64,000 nt of DNA, from positions 5,909 to 69,908 of IMG/VR virus record IMGVR_UViG_3300009431_000014. The stretch is one strand, 5' to 3'. The DNA is from a virus. Positions 49,136 through 57,963 of this stretch are shown here, piece by piece; position 1 is the stretch's first letter; every line of letters begins with the position of its first letter. The translations under genes were made by a program, and so were the position numbers. Below the pieces are notes generated by a model, which saw nothing but the letters and a program-made list of their open reading frames with translations, was not told the origin of the DNA and did no database searches.

Positions 49136-49488
49136 ATAAACGGCAGAAGTTGAAAAAGAAACGTGGTATCAAGGAAGCTCAAAAGAATCGTAAGCGAGCT
49201 TCTAAGGGGCTTCCACCTAAGGAGCGTCACCACCGTGAGCATAAGGATAAAGAAGCTGAAGTCAAGCAAACTCGAGCGAAAGAGACGGTGGAGATGAGGG
49301 TGGAAGCCAAGGCAGATCTGGATAAGGGTACAGTGCAATTTCCTCCAGTCAGTGAGGAGCCTCAGGTTGTATTACCAGATCAGCAGATGCCTGAGCGTGA
49401 TGACGCACCTGAGATTAAGCAACGGGATGATATGCCGAAGAAGAAAGTAGGGATCTTCGGGAGAATCAAGGGGTTGTTCAGGAAGTAA
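49132..49488 (+). CDS. Basic N-terminal hypothetical protein
   Basis: K/R-rich N-terminus; amphipathic C-terminus GIFGRIKGLFRK. Confidence 0.55.
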   Translation: MNKRQKLKKKRGIKEAQKNRKRASKGLPPKERHHREHKDKEAEVKQTRAKETVEMRVEAKADLDKGTVQFPPVSEEPQVVLPDQQMPERDDAPEIKQRDDMPKKKVGIFGRIKGLFRK

Positions 49489-49565
49489 CTTAACTACGCT
49501 ACTCATGGTGGGTGGCTTAACTATTAATGGTAGGGTAACTTTAAATATAAAAAGGAGGAAAGAAA

Positions 49566-50441
49566 ATGAGAAAGCTAGCATTGTTAGCATTGGTTCTGTG
49601 TTTCGCATTGGGTGTGGGAACTGCACACGCAGACATCATGGACAACCTCGTCATCAGGTCTGGAGGAAAGATCATCCTACAGAATGGTGCGAACACTTTA
49701 ATCACATCACAGTCAGGGGATATTCGGTTAAGCCCGATCACTGGTGATGTACAGATCCTGGAGTTCAATGGTAGAGCTGCGAGTCTTGAGTTCGTTGGTA
49801 GTGCAGATACAGCAGCCATCAGTTACACGGATGCAACCAATACGCTTGATTTTGGTAACACAGGTATTGCGACCACTGGCGGTATCGCTCTCACAGGCGG
49901 TGCGTTTAGTGCAGCGAGCTTGACTGCGGATACAGGTGATATCACTGCTACTCTCGGTGACGTGATCGTGAGTGCGGGTGGTGTGACTGTAGACCTCGGG
50001 AATATCGTAGCTACTTCAGGTGGAGTTGAAGCAGGAGCGATCGTTACTGGTGGAACAGGTGTTATAGCAACCACTGGTAGTGTCGTAGCTTCAGCAGGTA
50101 GCGTGGATGCAGCGACAGATATTTCATTCGGTGAAGCACTCGTAGGTAATGTGGCAACACTAACCTGTGCTACGCCTGATGCACTTAGCTTGAATGTATT
50201 CGCAACGATGGTAACCTCGACTACGGCAGCAGACGTATTGAACCTCGCTGACGGAGTACCAGGACAGATCGTTCTGATTTGCTACGTCGCAGAGACTGCT
50301 GGTGGAGATAACTTGGTAATTACTCCAGCGAATCTCGGTACAGGAACAACCGTCACATTAGCAGCTCCTGGTGAGTTTTGTGAGTTGATTTTTGATGGTA
50401 CGAATTGGCAAGTAAAAGCAACAGATGGTGTGTTAGCATAA
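49566..50441 (+). CDS. Gly/Ala/Thr/Val-rich beta-structured protein with a Sec-like signal peptide
   Basis: MRKLALLALVLCFALGVGTAHA leader; repetitive ATxGxV segments; ends LIFDGTNW. Confidence 0.65.
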   Translation: MRKLALLALVLCFALGVGTAHADIMDNLVIRSGGKIILQNGANTLITSQSGDIRLSPITGDVQILEFNGRAASLEFVGSADTAAISYTDATNTLDFGNTGIATTGGIALTGGAFSAASLTADTGDITATLGDVIVSAGGVTVDLGNIVATSGGVEAGAIVTGGTGVIATTGSVVASAGSVDAATDISFGEALVGNVATLTCATPDALSLNVFATMVTSTTAADVLNLADGVPGQIVLICYVAETAGGDNLVITPANLGTGTTVTLAAPGEFCELIFDGTNWQVKATDGVLA

Positions 50442-50456
50442 CATACTTCTTAAATT

Positions 50457-50483
50457 TGAGAGGTGACCCCACCTCACCTCTCA
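50457..50483 (+). other. Perfect 10-bp hairpin directly 5' of the twister ribozyme
   Basis: TGAGAGGTGA / TCACCTCTCA; no U-tract. Confidence 0.65.
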
Positions 50484-50536
50484 GATCAATGCAGCCATAG
50501 CTGGTCACAAGCCCAGTTGAGAGATGCAGAGTGGTC
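50484..50536 (+). ncRNA. Twister self-cleaving ribozyme (P1 type)
   Basis: GAT C^AA TGCA GC CATAG CTGG TCACAAGC CCAG TTGAGAGA TGCA GA GTG GTC: P1 GAT/GTC, P2 TGCA/TGCA, P4 CTGG/CCAG, pseudoknots CAC/GTG and GC/GC. Confidence 0.85.
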
Positions 50537-50556
50537 AAAGATTAAGGGGTAAGATT

Positions 50557-50886
50557 ATGATGCTGACAAAAGAACAGATGGAATTTCTTCGAGGTGTACA
50601 TTACGGAGGTTGTATGGCTGAGCAGTACTTGAAAGCTAATGAGGGAGAGTCTATCGAAAGATTCTTCGAGCTCCGAACACAGCCTTATCAAGGTGAATTC
50701 CATAAGCACTTCCGAGCAGGAGCATGGAGAGGACTACTACATATATTGAATGTGGTCGGCTATTTTAGAAAGCATAATCTTAAATGGGAAGAGTTATTCA
50801 ATAAACAGAATCCTAAGCAAGAGGATAATCCAGAACCATGGGTTCAGGATCCAGACTATTGGAAACAATCAGGAGGAGAGAAATGA
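50557..50886 (+). CDS. Hypothetical protein
   Basis: Start placed at ATG 50557 because 50524 lies inside the ribozyme. Confidence 0.55.
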   Translation: MMLTKEQMEFLRGVHYGGCMAEQYLKANEGESIERFFELRTQPYQGEFHKHFRAGAWRGLLHILNVVGYFRKHNLKWEELFNKQNPKQEDNPEPWVQDPDYWKQSGGEK

Positions 50887-53042
50887 AGAAGATAAAGCAG
50901 ATTGTTGAACGCTTTGTAGCGAAGGGTACTATTCTCGAGGCGGATCGCAAGAAGTTATCAGAAGGAGTATTGTGCAAGGTTAAATACCCTATCTGTAACG
51001 TAGGTGAGCTTAATAAAAATAATCGTATGTATGAATGGGCAGTATGGGACGGTGTAAGCCAAGACCAAGATGTCCAGGACAAACTCGGCAATAGGACTAT
51101 GTTCGCTCAAGAGGAGCACCCTGAAGAGGGTTCTTCCACTCGGACAGACAGAATAGCTGGTATCGTTACTGAGATTGTCGAAGATCGTGCGAACAGCAAA
51201 GTCCATGCAATCTTTGAGATCTTAGATACTCCATACGGTCGAATCATCGATACATTGTTGAAAGCGAACTGCGGTATTGGAGTGTCCACTCGAGCAGAGG
51301 GAGAACTTGACGAGGTAGAGGAAGACGGTAAGAAATACCATCGAGTTATCCCAGAGAAGTATAAGCTCGTGACGGTCGACTTTACAGCAGATCCATCGAC
51401 CTACGGAGCTTACCCAGAATCTGTTGAGCAGAACATTGTCACCATCGTGCAGAAGGGGATCCAAGAGGAGAAGCTCGATCAGAAGTTCGCTATCACGCTA
51501 CTCGAGGGGTTCAAATGCAAAGATGGTAAATGTCTGCTTGAGACGTTGAAGAAGAACGAATCGTTGGAGTCCGTTCTTGAGCTTGAGGTAGACGCATACG
51601 GCAAGAAACACAAGGTCAAGGATATGCTGGAGAAACTCAGCGATGAGCAAGCTTCTGATATGTTCTCTATGCTAGCGGAAGAGATGATGCAGTCAGGTCT
51701 TCTAGAGGGTGACCTCCCAGATGTCACCGAAGAACTCAAGAAGTTCTTCGAGATTAAAGAGCTCGGTGAGGGAGTCACACTTACCGCAGAAGGTCCAGAT
51801 ACAATGAGTTTTGACATCAACGGTAAGAAGTATGAGTACTTTGGAGTTGAGAAGGGTTGGATGGAGAAGATCAAGAAGATGCTCAAATACGGTCAGGGCT
51901 TCAATGCGATACATTGGTTGAATAAGTTCGTGCCTAAAAAGAATATCTACCGTATCGAGGGTGAAGGTAAGAATATGAAACGAGTCCCCATCGTTGCCCA
52001 AGAGGAATCAGTTAAAGAGAACCACGAGGGCTTAGTGAAAGCTATCAAGCAGTTCGGGGTAACTATCAGTTCCAAAGATGGCGACTTCAACAGTGCTCCA
52101 GATGAAATAGAGGATCTCGAAGTGAAGGATGGTGTGCTGTATCTGACACCTCGTGGAGGGAATGTCATACCTTATCGAATCGGTTCTTGGGATCAAATAG
52201 GTGACAATGCGGTTACACTTAAAGCAGAAATCGGTGAGTCAATCAAGGAAGGACTTGCTGAGGTGGATTTCGCAACGCTACTTGCTAATATCAAGAATGT
52301 GACCAAGGATGCGATTCTCAATAAGGATGAACAGAGACTTCTCAAGGAATCCAAGACAGTTGTTGACTTCATCGAGAACGCACTGAGCTTAGTTAAGAAG
52401 TATCGTGAGCATGAGGTGTTGGCTGAATCGACTACAGAGACTCTCAAGGAGAACGCAGAAGGTCGTATTGGTGAGATCACTGAGCGATACGCAACAGATG
52501 TGATGGAAGCTGAGATAACTCGTGTTAGACTGGCGACACTCTGCAAGGAGATCGATAAGCAGTTTGAACAGTTCAAGAAGGATCATGAAGCTCAGGTGAC
52601 CCGTATGGTTGAAGATCACCAAGCGGAGATTACGGAAGCCAAGAAGTCTATCGCAGAGAAGACTGTTGTGGAGATCAAGAAGGTTTATGATTCCAAGATG
52701 AAACAACTCCAGAATAAGTTTAATAAAGAGACGAAAGCTCTTGAGACCAAGTGTGCTCAGGAGATTTTTAATAAAACAGTTGTGGAGACTGCAATCGCAG
52801 ATTCAGGATTGCAGTTGCCAACGAAAGCTGTTGATGTGCTGAAGCAGTGTTCATCCCGTGAGGAAGTGAACAAGATGATCGCTGAGTTCAGAGTTCGATT
52901 AAAAGAGAGCCTACTACACTCTGGTGGGGTTTCCGAAGTGAAGGTCAATGAGACCGTACCGTCTACCGATGACTCTATTATCGGTGGGAAGATGCTTAAT
53001 GTAACTAAACGTCTTATCAAAGACGTTTCTAAAGGTTCATAA
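50883..53042 (+). CDS. Prohead protease (T4 gp21-like) fused to a long scaffold-like coiled coil
   Basis: LNKNNRMY, EEHP, ILDTPYGRII, IGVSTRA.G, TVDFTADPST; immediately upstream of the capsid gene. Confidence 0.85.
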   Translation: MKKIKQIVERFVAKGTILEADRKKLSEGVLCKVKYPICNVGELNKNNRMYEWAVWDGVSQDQDVQDKLGNRTMFAQEEHPEEGSSTRTDRIAGIVTEIVEDRANSKVHAIFEILDTPYGRIIDTLLKANCGIGVSTRAEGELDEVEEDGKKYHRVIPEKYKLVTVDFTADPSTYGAYPESVEQNIVTIVQKGIQEEKLDQKFAITLLEGFKCKDGKCLLETLKKNESLESVLELEVDAYGKKHKVKDMLEKLSDEQASDMFSMLAEEMMQSGLLEGDLPDVTEELKKFFEIKELGEGVTLTAEGPDTMSFDINGKKYEYFGVEKGWMEKIKKMLKYGQGFNAIHWLNKFVPKKNIYRIEGEGKNMKRVPIVAQEESVKENHEGLVKAIKQFGVTISSKDGDFNSAPDEIEDLEVKDGVLYLTPRGGNVIPYRIGSWDQIGDNAVTLKAEIGESIKEGLAEVDFATLLANIKNVTKDAILNKDEQRLLKESKTVVDFIENALSLVKKYREHEVLAESTTETLKENAEGRIGEITERYATDVMEAEITRVRLATLCKEIDKQFEQFKKDHEAQVTRMVEDHQAEITEAKKSIAEKTVVEIKKVYDSKMKQLQNKFNKETKALETKCAQEIFNKTVVETAIADSGLQLPTKAVDVLKQCSSREEVNKMIAEFRVRLKESLLHSGGVSEVKVNETVPSTDDSIIGGKMLNVTKRLIKDVSKGS

Positions 53043-53059
53043 AATAAAGGAGAAAACTC

Positions 53060-54532
53060 ATGTTAGACGTAAAGAAATTAGCGGAACAACGCAGAACGGA
53101 GCTCCGCAGACGTCAGGTTGAGTCTCTTGGTCGTTGGAAACCCTACATCGACATTGTAGAAGGCTTCTACAAGGATGAAGGTAAAGAACTGAAAGAATAT
53201 CAGAAGGCGAACATAGCCCAGTGCTGTGACAACCTTTTTGATTTCTATGTTCTTAGTAAAGTCAACGAGGGACTCTCCGAGGCGACTACTTCAGACGCAA
53301 TTGCGTTTGCAAGGCAGATGCTCCCAACTATCCCTGCATTGCTACCGAGCTTGGTTGCAGACCACGTATCTATCGTTCAGGCGATTGACAGACCTCAGGC
53401 TCAGGTCTATTATCTGAACGTTAAGGCTGCTACTACAAAGGGCAACATAACAGCAGGTGATACACTCATCGGGGCAACAACAGGTCATGCTGCAAGTGAA
53501 GGTGCAAGAGGTTACGCATCAGACGTGGTTTATTCGGAAGCGAATATTCCAGGTACAGGTGCTCAGACCCTAACACTGGATCCTGTCGCTAACCTACCGA
53601 TGATCGCAGGTTCGATCGTAGTAGTAGCTACTACCACCGTTGCAGCAGTCCAGGCTATTGAAACATTCTCAGATAACGGTGATGGCACGCTAACTGGTGA
53701 TAGAGGTTCAACTGGTACTTACACCGTAGCAACGGGCATCGTGATCTTAGATGCAGGTGTTGGTAATACTGTAGACGCTGTCGATACAGCCGTAACTTAC
53801 AGATGGAACGTTGAATCCTACCCAGAGGGAATTGGCGGACTCGACCTCGAAGTTACCTCAAGTAACGTCGATGCGAGAGTATTCCCGTTGAAACTCAACT
53901 ATAGTGTAATGTCAGCAATCTTGCTCCAGAAGGTGCATGGCTTCGTGCTGGCAGATGAGGGTATGAAGTTCTCAACTCAGGAAATCAGATTTGCAATCGA
54001 TCAGCTAGTATTGAATGAAGCTCTTGTAGCTTCTCAGGCTGCTGGTGCTGCAACATCTCCTGGTAACTTCGATACCGCTATAGGAACAGGTCAGGAGTGG
54101 ATTTGGAGAGCTCATCAGATCAAAAGGTACTTCAGCAAAGGATCAGCTAACATCTTTGCGAAGACTCTACGTGCACAAGCGAATGTCATCATCGGTGGCA
54201 TCAACGTTTGTTCATTAATAGAGCAGTTGCCTGAATACAAACCTGCTGCAGGAATTGGTACGAAACCGCCTGCAGGTCCTTATGTACATGGTACATTGGG
54301 TTCAAGGTTAGTGATCTGCAATCCGTTCTACAATGCAGATACTTATGTTCTCTGTTTCCGTGGGGACAACTATCTGTATGCAGGATTGATTTATGCTCCA
54401 TACGTACCGTTATATGCAACCGACCCAGTCACATTGGCGAATTTACAAACCCAGCGTGGTTTCATGTCAATGGCTGCGATCAAACGCATCAATGATGGTA
54501 TGTTTACTTACGGCACAATCTCGAATTATTAA
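53060..54532 (+). CDS. Major capsid protein (T4 gp23-like)
   Basis: L.A..VSIVQAI..P..QVYY, EIR..ID, G.L..R..V..NP, AGLIYAPYVPL. Confidence 0.9.
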   Translation: MLDVKKLAEQRRTELRRRQVESLGRWKPYIDIVEGFYKDEGKELKEYQKANIAQCCDNLFDFYVLSKVNEGLSEATTSDAIAFARQMLPTIPALLPSLVADHVSIVQAIDRPQAQVYYLNVKAATTKGNITAGDTLIGATTGHAASEGARGYASDVVYSEANIPGTGAQTLTLDPVANLPMIAGSIVVVATTTVAAVQAIETFSDNGDGTLTGDRGSTGTYTVATGIVILDAGVGNTVDAVDTAVTYRWNVESYPEGIGGLDLEVTSSNVDARVFPLKLNYSVMSAILLQKVHGFVLADEGMKFSTQEIRFAIDQLVLNEALVASQAAGAATSPGNFDTAIGTGQEWIWRAHQIKRYFSKGSANIFAKTLRAQANVIIGGINVCSLIEQLPEYKPAAGIGTKPPAGPYVHGTLGSRLVICNPFYNADTYVLCFRGDNYLYAGLIYAPYVPLYATDPVTLANLQTQRGFMSMAAIKRINDGMFTYGTISNY

Positions 54533-54558
54533 TATTTAATTCGAGTAATAGACTTCTC

Positions 54559-54591
54559 AGTTGGGAGGAGCAATCCTCCTCCCAACTTTCT
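54559..54591 (+). terminator. Intrinsic terminator after the capsid gene
   Basis: 12-bp stem AGTTGGGAGGAG/CTCCTCCCAACT followed by TTCT. Confidence 0.8.
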
Positions 54592-54625
54592 AAAAAGGAA
54601 GATGAGCATTCAAAGGAGGAACAAA

Positions 54626-54988
54626 ATGAGCGTTAAAGTCAATGTTAAGATACTTAAGCAAGAAGACATCGTCACCCTTAAGGGTCCTGTGAACGCAACT
54701 GCAGGCACGGATCTTGAGCTCGAGTTTGAGACTCAGAAGACTGTGGATGAGTTGGTTGAATGGGGTTTGATCAAGGTTCTTGACAAAGCTCCTGAAGCTA
54801 AGAAGGAAGAGAAGGTTGAAGAGTCTAAGGAAGAATCCAAGCCCGAAGAGACTGAGCCGAAAGATGGTGAAGATCTTAGTAAGGAAGAGGAGAAGGAAGA
54901 TGCTAAGGAATCGTCGAAAGAGGAATCTGAGCCCGCAGATGCAAAAGCATCTAAAGGCAGAGGAAAAAGAAGCAAAAAAGGCAAATAA
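54626..54988 (+). CDS. Hypothetical protein with E/K-rich tail
   Basis: AAGGAGG RBS. Confidence 0.6.
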   Translation: MSVKVNVKILKQEDIVTLKGPVNATAGTDLELEFETQKTVDELVEWGLIKVLDKAPEAKKEEKVEESKEESKPEETEPKDGEDLSKEEEKEDAKESSKEESEPADAKASKGRGKRSKKGK

Positions 54989-55010
54989 GCCTAAGAAAAA
55001 AGGATAAGCT

Positions 55011-55700
55011 ATGACCAAGAATGAAATCGTAGATTGGATCAGGAATAACTATTTACCTATCCAATTAGCCACGGCTACGGAGACGATGGAACAACATGTG
55101 GATACCACTATCCGTTATTGGAACACGCACTCTGCGTACTCTATCTTAAGGAATGTTGATGTGAGTTACACGGATAAGTTCAAGGAGGTTCCTACAGATA
55201 TCAAGACAGTCGTGGAAGTGATGCCGAACGATTTCCAAGATGATTACTTCGCTAACCACCCAATGTATATCTTGCTCGGGTATGTAACGCTCGACAGGTT
55301 CACTCAGGACTTCATCTTGATCTCGAATACTTACGAAGCTTATCGGAGATTCCTGAACGCAGACTTCAAATGGAATTTTCAACGAACTGAAGACCCAGCT
55401 GTTGGAGGCACAATCTATTTCCAGAACATCCCGAGAGCGGTCACTAAGATGACCATTAATGGGTTGAAAAGAATCTTACCTGAAGAGGATATTAAAGATG
55501 AACATATCCTAGAATGGATTTTGGAATACTCTCGTGCGTTGGTTGAGATCAGTGAAGGTGTGATCTTAAGAAAATCAGGGATGATCGGTATTCAGAATGA
55601 CGGTACTGATCTTGTACAGGAAGGTACGACTAAGGTAGATGCATTACAAGAACGCCTACGCCAAGAGGCGAGATGGGCAGTTCTAGCGACGAGGATTTGA
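55011..55700 (+). CDS. Putative neck / head-tail adaptor (gp13-like)
   Basis: Position after the capsid gene; WILEYS.AL...EG..LRK..DG..L..EG pattern. Confidence 0.55.
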   Translation: MTKNEIVDWIRNNYLPIQLATATETMEQHVDTTIRYWNTHSAYSILRNVDVSYTDKFKEVPTDIKTVVEVMPNDFQDDYFANHPMYILLGYVTLDRFTQDFILISNTYEAYRRFLNADFKWNFQRTEDPAVGGTIYFQNIPRAVTKMTINGLKRILPEEDIKDEHILEWILEYSRALVEISEGVILRKSGMIGIQNDGTDLVQEGTTKVDALQERLRQEARWAVLATRI

Positions 55701-55702
55701 TA

Positions 55703-56377
55703 ATGGATATATTCGATAGAGCGAATATGGCAACTGTAATCAATGAGGAACCTACTCCAGATATCCTCAGAAAGCAGAAGTCTATCTATCGGTTATTCCC
55801 AGAGTTCGACGATCGAGTTGATCAAGTAGCCCATGCTGGTGGGGTGAAGCTCAAGAATCAGGAGAAAGGACTCTGGATATTCGAGGTCGCATCAGCGTCC
55901 CAATCAGGAAAGCGTTATACGGTGAATCTTGAATGGGCGGATCTCGAAGATAAGATTAAACAGTACGGCAGAGACAGAAGGTTGTGGAAGAAAGATAAGA
56001 AGAGTGTTGATCTGAACAAACTAGCTGCAGCTTTGATTGATGACACTGATATGAAGATCAGTTGCTCTTGCCCAGCGTTTTTATATTGGGGTGGAAAATA
56101 TATTGCTACAAAGAGAAGGTCGGTCTACAAAGACCGAGAGTTACGGAGACCGAAGGTAAGAAATCCCAAAGAGTATGGGATGCTCTGTAAACATCTCCAA
56201 CTGGTCTTTGATGTGTTACCGATGTATCGTAGTACTTTAGCGAGTCATCTAAAACGATACTACGGGAGTGAGTTAAAGAAGGTTGAGCGACAGGTACAGA
56301 AAGATATTAAGGGATACAAGAAGGGTGCGGAGTTCTTAGCTAAACGTCAGAAGGATCAAAAGGATGAAGATGAATAG
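55703..56377 (+). CDS. SWIM Zn-finger protein
   Basis: ISCSCPAFLYWG..RNP...G.LCKHL. Confidence 0.75.
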   Translation: MDIFDRANMATVINEEPTPDILRKQKSIYRLFPEFDDRVDQVAHAGGVKLKNQEKGLWIFEVASASQSGKRYTVNLEWADLEDKIKQYGRDRRLWKKDKKSVDLNKLAAALIDDTDMKISCSCPAFLYWGGKYIATKRRSVYKDRELRRPKVRNPKEYGMLCKHLQLVFDVLPMYRSTLASHLKRYYGSELKKVERQVQKDIKGYKKGAEFLAKRQKDQKDEDE

Positions 56378-56879
56378 ATTCTTAAAAGTGCTTATAATCG
56401 TGGCGGTGGTTTTCTCTTCAGCAGGAGTTATTCAAGCTAAGGATTACCCTCAAGAATATGAGGTTATGGAGTTACTCAAGATCGTTGACGGAGATACAGT
56501 AGATGTCCGATTAGACTTGGGATTCCAGATTTACCATGATATCCGAGTGCGGATGAACGGAATTAATACTCCAGAATCTCGTACGACAGATCTTAAAGAG
56601 AAGTATCTAGGATATCAGGCAAAAGATTTGACTAAACAATTTTTAGAATCCTCAGAAGTTATTATCCTGAAGATAGATGGTTTTGGAAAATACGGGAGAG
56701 CTCTTGGGGATTTTTCTAATGAGAAGGGGGAGCGTCTTAATCAGCAGTTGATTGATGCAGGTCTGGCTTTAGAATACCACGGCGAAGGTAGATCAACTTG
56801 GTGGGAGATGGTGGAGAAAAGTGATAATCAAGCAGCGAAAGATAAAGCAGTTACAGCAGTTAATTGGGAGTACAAATGA
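56364..56879 (+). CDS. Thermonuclease (SNase-like) with signal/TM segment
   Basis: IVDGDTVD..RVRMNGINTPE..GKYGRAL..L...GLA. Confidence 0.9.
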   Translation: MKMNRFLKVLIIVAVVFSSAGVIQAKDYPQEYEVMELLKIVDGDTVDVRLDLGFQIYHDIRVRMNGINTPESRTTDLKEKYLGYQAKDLTKQFLESSEVIILKIDGFGKYGRALGDFSNEKGERLNQQLIDAGLALEYHGEGRSTWWEMVEKSDNQAAKDKAVTAVNWEYK

Positions 56880-57568
56880 GTGAATTATTCAATAAATTAA
56901 ATAACGCGACCACAAGTGGCGATATTGCTTACGCTCGAGGAGAGCTCAAGAATGCTCCTCTCAAGAAGAAAAAGAAGAAGCCTAAGCACATGACAGAACA
57001 AGAGCTCCAGGAGGAAACTCAAGCTCAAGTTGATAGTGCAAAGCGTGATGTAACTCAAGCATTAAGGGAAGTAGTAAACTCAAGCAAGCTCACTGATAAA
57101 GATTACACCACAATGTTCCCAGCTCACCGAGTGATGAAGATTGATGAGGCAATGATAAGTAAGCCGATGACTCAAAAAGATTATGCCCGAATCGAGAAGA
57201 ATTTGCCAGAGGATCTCGGTGAATTACAGATGATAACAACGGCAATCCGTGATGGAGAGCCTTTAAATAAATTCGAAGCGTTCGATAAAAAAGATAAGTT
57301 CTTATACGGTGTGAGAGTATTCGCAAGATTTGAGAAACAGAATCTCGTATACGAAGGACTCATAGATTTTAGTTACACACCGAAAGAATACATCTATACC
57401 AATTCAATTGATGTACTTGAAGCGGTTGCAGATGGTATGAAGCGAGTGAAGGTAAGCGGTAAATATATCTATCCACAGGGATCTTTATTCGATCCAGGTA
57501 CTTATAAAGAATTGATTGAGATAATCAGGAGGAAACATGATGAACTTGCTGGAGTCAAAAAAGCTTAA
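56876..57568 (+). CDS. Hypothetical protein
   Basis: ORF coupled to its neighbours. Confidence 0.55.
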   Translation: MSELFNKLNNATTSGDIAYARGELKNAPLKKKKKKPKHMTEQELQEETQAQVDSAKRDVTQALREVVNSSKLTDKDYTTMFPAHRVMKIDEAMISKPMTQKDYARIEKNLPEDLGELQMITTAIRDGEPLNKFEAFDKKDKFLYGVRVFARFEKQNLVYEGLIDFSYTPKEYIYTNSIDVLEAVADGMKRVKVSGKYIYPQGSLFDPGTYKELIEIIRRKHDELAGVKKA

Positions 57569-57962
57569 TACTTACAAAAGACTGCTCTCGGTCTTTTCAG
57601 AGTTCGTGGACAAGAATCCAGGTACGGGGTTGAGTAATGTTTATGCGAAGATCTTGTCTTGTGGAGTCAAATGCTTGCCTAAGGATAAGCGAGCAATGGA
57701 GATCCTGAACTCTGTGATTTTTAACAAGACAGTCTCGCAGACGGTACAAGAACTAATGAATACAGCTTTGACCGATTTACCAGTGACAGTTCGTCCTGTG
57801 TATAAGAAGGGGAACTTTAAGTTAACAGCTTTCTACAACAAAGCTGGGAAGAATCTTAATAAGGTAATGGATCTCCTCCACCTGGATAAGGAGACTGGCG
57901 GTGTCTGGGCAGACGAAGGTGGAGAACAGGTTGATTTAATCGAACTCGATAAGGAGGCATAA
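57537..57962 (+). CDS. Hypothetical protein
   Basis: AGGAGG RBS. Confidence 0.55.
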   Translation: MMNLLESKKLNTYKRLLSVFSEFVDKNPGTGLSNVYAKILSCGVKCLPKDKRAMEILNSVIFNKTVSQTVQELMNTALTDLPVTVRPVYKKGNFKLTAFYNKAGKNLNKVMDLLHLDKETGGVWADEGGEQVDLIELDKEA

Positions 57963-57963
57963 A

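Noticed and set aside
47062-53020. Numerous minus-strand ORFs in the track
   Set aside because: Ser/Leu/Phe-rich shadows of acidic + strand genes, lacking RBSs and motifs
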